Assembly (NCBI RefSeq): GCF_001457615.1
Contig: NZ_LN831024.1
Coordinates: 2,490,001-2,522,000, forward strand
DNA: 32,000 nucleotides
Source of the DNA: Pseudomonas aeruginosa
GTDB lineage: Bacteria; Pseudomonadota; Gammaproteobacteria; Pseudomonadales; Pseudomonadaceae
Reading direction: 5' to 3'
Below the pieces are notes generated by a model. The model had not been told where the DNA came from and did not search any database. It saw only the letters and a list, made by a program, of their open reading frames with translations. Position 1 is the first letter of the stretch, and every line of letters starts with the position of its first letter. The translations under genes were made by a program, and so were the position numbers. Below, in pieces: positions 29,122 to 32,000 of this stretch.

Positions 29122-29520
29122 GGTCAATCCTTCAAGAAATGTATTGGTTGAGCACCGACTGACCCACTCAAAACCTGCTGGTGAAGGTTGTCTTGCGGGT
29201 GGCTCACCGCTGCATGGCGAGAGAATGACCGTGGCGAAGAATGACGCCGAGGAGGGGGTGGAGACGAACAGTTCGCGGACCGTGCTTCTCGACTGGATCA
29301 AGTGCCGTTCGGCTCGTGGTTGCCGGTGGGCGACTCGCTGTCGAGTCTTTCGATCTGGCTGATACGTAAACGCTTCCCCGTCCCTCAGGACAACTTCGTT
29401 CCAGTCGCAATCTCGTCAAGCCGCCTTGTGGGCAGATCAACACGGTGGAGGCCGAGGGCGTATCGGCGCAGGCACCGGGAGCTCGTCGTTTCAGAGCCCC
29501 TGATTAGCGGGAGCGGGGCC

Positions 29521-29549
29521 ATCATGCTCTGGAAAAAATCCGTCGTCAA
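29521..29549 (-). promoter_or_regulatory. Candidate sigma70 promoter far upstream of aceA
   Basis: The minus strand reads TTGACG (29549..29544), a 17-nt spacer, then CATGAT (29526..29521). It would give a leader of about 390 nt. This is a pattern match only. Confidence 0.25.
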
Positions 29550-29640
29550 ACGTTTTGTAGTGTTTTTTCAAGACTACTACACGAAGGTCTAAGAGTGACC
29601 GGATGGTCTTGTCTGGTCGAGATGTTTCCGTTTGCATCGA

Positions 29641-29674
29641 AAATGCCCGCAAAAGCCCGCGCCCCGCGGCTTTG
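29641..29674 (-). terminator. Rho-independent terminator after the mini-secretin gene
   Basis: On the minus strand, the stem AAAGCCGCG / CGCGGGCTTT (plus-strand 29652..29673) has one bulged base and a 5-nt loop. It is followed by TTTTGCGGGCATTTTCG. Confidence 0.55.
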
Positions 29675-29715
29675 CCGGAGCGGGAGGCAATTCGCGCTGG
29701 AAAGAGCGCCGTCGG

Positions 29716-30537
29716 TCAGTCGAGGGTTTCGACTTTCAGGCGCAGGCTGGTGTCGTCGCGTCCCTGGGTCGAGTAGCGACGCACGAAGCCGTGCTGGTCG
29801 GCCTGGTTCTGTTCGCTGACGCCGCCCAGGGTGATCCACTCGCCGAGCTTGCCGCTGACCCGGGTGTCGGTGCTCTGGGTATCGATGACGCCGGGATGGC
29901 TCTGGCTGAGGCGGTCATTGCTGGAACTGATGGTGACGTGCACCAGGTTGCCGGTCAGCGTCGCGGTGACGTAGAAGCCGCGGTTGACGTTGCGGTATTC
30001 GGTCTGGCTGTAGATCTGCCCGTAGGGACCGGTGGCGGTGCTGGTGATGGGGACGCTCTGGCCGACCTGGATCAGCGCCGGGTAGCCCTCGGTGGCCTGG
30101 ACCTGCTGGCTGCCGCCGGAACGGCTGTCGGTGGAGCGACGGATGATGCGGACTCGATCCTTGCCGTTGACCTCGCCGCGGCCGCTCTGGATCTCGATGT
30201 TGCCGGCGCTGGCCGAACCATCCACCGAATAGCCGCGGCTGTCCTGTTGCAGGTTCTCGCTGGTATCCACGGTGATCAGCAGGCGATGCGGGCGCGAGTC
30301 GATCTGCTGCAGGACCGATTGCAACTCGCGGATCTTCGCCGGCTCGGCATTGACGATCAACTGGTTGCCATAGGCGGTGACCTTGCCTTCGCTGCCGATG
30401 ACCGACTGGGCCACCGCCATCACGTCGTCGGCGGTGCGGTAGTTGAGCGGGATCACTTCGGTGCGCGGGGCGGCCGAGGCGCCGAGAACGACTGTCGCCA
30501 ACAGCGAGGAGAGCAGGGTGGTGCGCAACAGGGTCAC
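29716..30537 (-). CDS. Secreted mini-secretin: signal peptide, one Secretin_N-type domain and a compact secretin-like C-terminal domain (273 aa)
   Basis: GTG start at 30537, with GGAG 9 nt upstream. Signal peptide: MTLLRTTLLSSLLATVVLGASA/AP. N-domain: VIPLNYRTADDVMAVAQSVIG..VTAYGNQLIVNAEPAKIRELQSVLQQID. Secretin-core-like blocks: PALIQVGQSVPITS, TEYRNVNRGFYVTATLTGNLVHVTISSSND and IDTQSTDTRVSGKLGEWITLGGV. Confidence 0.8.
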   Translation of the reverse strand: MTLLRTTLLSSLLATVVLGASAAPRTEVIPLNYRTADDVMAVAQSVIGSEGKVTAYGNQLIVNAEPAKIRELQSVLQQIDSRPHRLLITVDTSENLQQDSRGYSVDGSASAGNIEIQSGRGEVNGKDRVRIIRRSTDSRSGGSQQVQATEGYPALIQVGQSVPITSTATGPYGQIYSQTEYRNVNRGFYVTATLTGNLVHVTISSSNDRLSQSHPGVIDTQSTDTRVSGKLGEWITLGGVSEQNQADQHGFVRRYSTQGRDDTSLRLKVETLD

Positions 30538-31154
30538 AGGAGGAAGCTCCGCAGGTCCGGGTCGGAAAGACTGGTGTCCCAGGCCTGCTCGAAGCGGGCC
30601 TGGAGTTGACGCACCCGCCCGGCGGCACGGTAGCAGGCGTAGCCCGCCGGTTGCGCCGGTTTCGGGCGCAGTAGCAGGCCCTGGTCGTCGGCCAGGAGGA
30701 AGGCGTCGTCCTCTTTAGGGTAGTCCGGGTTGAGCCGGCGGATCAGGCAGTTGCTCGACAGGCGGCGCGAAAGGCTGATCAGGCGGTGGCCGTTGCGCAC
30801 GGCCTGGGCGCTGTCGCCAACGAGGATACGCAGGCGATTGCGTGGATTGGCCAGGAGGAAACGGGTGCAGGCTTCCTGGATGCTGCTGTGGTGATAGAGC
30901 CAGCTTTCCAGGTCGGGACTGTGCAGGCAGAGCGAGCGGCGGGCCTGCTGCAGGAGGGCCAGGGCATGGGCGCGGGCTTCCTGCGGATGCTCGAAGCGCT
31001 CCAGCGGCTCATGTTCGCCGAGGCGGAATGGCGCTGGTTCCCAGCGTTCCGCGGGTGGTGCGGCGCTTGCCGGGTTGCGTACCGCAAAGCGCCCCGGAGA
31101 GCTGAATTCGATGGCCGGCAGGTCAGCCGGCGAGGTCTCCGGGGTGTCGCTCAT
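30534..31154 (-). CDS. Hypothetical cytoplasmic protein (206 aa), translationally coupled to the mini-secretin
   Basis: ATG 31154 has GAGG 4 nt upstream, overlapping the GNAT stop. Codon usage is native. There is no signal peptide or TM segment and no motif I recognise. Its stop overlaps the next start (GTGA, 30534..30537). Confidence 0.7.
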   Translation of the reverse strand: MSDTPETSPADLPAIEFSSPGRFAVRNPASAAPPAERWEPAPFRLGEHEPLERFEHPQEARAHALALLQQARRSLCLHSPDLESWLYHHSSIQEACTRFLLANPRNRLRILVGDSAQAVRNGHRLISLSRRLSSNCLIRRLNPDYPKEDDAFLLADDQGLLLRPKPAQPAGYACYRAAGRVRQLQARFEQAWDTSLSDPDLRSFLL

Positions 31155-31160
31155 CGGGCC

Positions 31161-31586
31161 TCAGTCGCTGTCGCGAACCATGTCGACATGGGGCAGGCCG
31201 GCATCGAGGAATTCGCCGCTATCGACCTTGAAGCCCAGTCGCTCGTAGAAGGGAATGGCGTAGACCTGCGCGGTCAGCAGTTGGCGCTTCAGGCCGCGTC
31301 GCTCGGCTTCCTCGATGGCCGCGCGCATCAGCGCGTCGCCTACCTTCAGGCCGCGCCAGTCCTTGAGTACCGAGACCCTGCCGATGTGCCCGTCGCCCAG
31401 CAGGCGCGCGGTGCCGATCGCGTATTCGCCTTCATAGGCGAGAAAATGCACGGCTTCGTCGTCTTCGGCGTCCCACTCCAGTTCCGGCGGAACCGACTGT
31501 TCGGCAATGAAGACCGCTTCGCGGATGCGGCGCAGCTCGGCATTGTCCTTCTGCCAGTCGGCTACGCGTACGCGGATCTTATTCAT
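31161..31586 (-). CDS. GNAT-family N-acetyltransferase (141 aa)
   Basis: Track ORF 31161..31685 is over-extended. ATG 31586 gives MNKIRVRVADWQKDNAELRRIREAVFIAEQ. The acetyl-CoA-binding-like segment is VLKDWRGLKVGDALMRAAIEEAERRG, with FYERLGF near the C-terminus. The ATG overlaps the upstream gene's TAA (ATGAATAA). Confidence 0.85.
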   Translation of the reverse strand: MNKIRVRVADWQKDNAELRRIREAVFIAEQSVPPELEWDAEDDEAVHFLAYEGEYAIGTARLLGDGHIGRVSVLKDWRGLKVGDALMRAAIEEAERRGLKRQLLTAQVYAIPFYERLGFKVDSGEFLDAGLPHVDMVRDSD

Positions 31587-32000
31587 CTGCAAACTCCAAA
31601 CTGCCCTGTTTGACCAACTCCGCCAACAGCTTACGCGCATCGTCATCGGCCAGCCATTGGCCGAGGTTTTCCAGATGCAACGCATCGGCCGAGCAGACCA
31701 GCTTCAGCAGTTCCTTGAGCTGCCCGGGCAGGAGTACGCTCTGGCCGCTGGCGAACAGCACCAGGCCGATGTCGATCTCGCTCCAGGCCAGGCGGGCGCT
31801 GGGGTTGCGCACCAGCAGCGCGCCATCCTCGAGGGCGCCGAACAGCTCCTCCTCGGGGATCTCCTCGCCGGCAACCAGTTCGGGATAGCGCGGCTCGGTC
31901 ATGAACTGGCCGAACCAAGTCAGCAGCAGGCGCTCGTCGCTCATGTGCTCCTGGATCAGGCCCTGCAGGCGCTCCAGAGCGTCGCGCTGGATCTGGTGCG
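31579..32000 (-). CDS. C-terminal part of a cupin-4/JmjC protein resembling the ribosomal oxygenase RoxA (YcfD). The 5' end lies beyond the right edge.
   Basis: The frame stays open upstream of the track's ATG 31944 all the way to position 32000 (..HQIQRDALERLQGLIQEHMSDE..). The pattern WFGQFMTEPRYPE...ALEDGALLVR...ENLGQWL.D...LLAELVKQGSLEF parallels the winged-helix C-terminus of E. coli YcfD as I recall it. No search was run. Confidence 0.6.
   Translation of the reverse strand, partial: HQIQRDALERLQGLIQEHMSDERLLLTWFGQFMTEPRYPELVAGEEIPEEELFGALEDGALLVRNPSARLAWSEIDIGLVLFASGQSVLLPGQLKELLKLVCSADALHLENLGQWLADDDARKLLAELVKQGSLEFADE

Noticed and set aside
29302-29592. A 96-aa plus-strand ORF with a GTG start in the aceA upstream region, considered as a possible small protein gene.
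   Set aside because: It has no SD. Codon quality is mixed and degrades towards the 3' end. The sequence is Arg/Ser-rich and implausible, and there is no terminator. It is more likely non-coding leader or promoter DNA.

Overview
High-GC chromosomal core segment that reads like Pseudomonas, with P. aeruginosa-like gene order; this assignment is recalled from memory, not searched. No rRNA, tRNA, CRISPR, IS, integrase or phage genes were found.

Layout, left to right:
- A chemotaxis cluster: a dCache chemoreceptor truncated at the left edge (TlpQ-like), a YuiF/NhaC-type transporter, and an sCache chemoreceptor (CtpM-like). Both receptor genes have sigma28 (FliA)-type promoters.
- An AI-2E family permease, then a stand-alone RtcB RNA ligase and a class I SAM methyltransferase on the minus strand.
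- The complete 13-gene NADH dehydrogenase I operon, nuoA-N, on the minus strand (9152..24096), with fused nuoC/D.
- A roughly 600-bp AT-rich nuo upstream region.
- A DUF4442 hotdog protein, a Tat-exported PhoX phosphatase with a Pho box, and isocitrate lyase aceA.
- A tightly packed minus-strand operon: RoxA/YcfD-like cupin (truncated at the right edge), GNAT, a 206-aa unknown, and a 273-aa mini-secretin.

ORF track caveats:
- Many track ORFs are mirror-frame artefacts of high GC.
- Several true genes needed start-codon correction: nuoA, nuoB, nuoI, nuoJ, nuoN, aceA, the hotdog gene, the GNAT, the transporter and the AI-2E permease.
- The TlpQ-like gene is absent from the track because it has no in-window stop.

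Most of the window is ordinary core metabolism. Four things deserve a second look:
1. The orphan mini-secretin, translationally coupled to an unknown protein.
2. The orphan RtcB plus methyltransferase pair, with a sigma54-like element.
3. An apparent +1 frame break at the methyltransferase N-terminus.
4. A FliA promoter nested inside a terminator hairpin.
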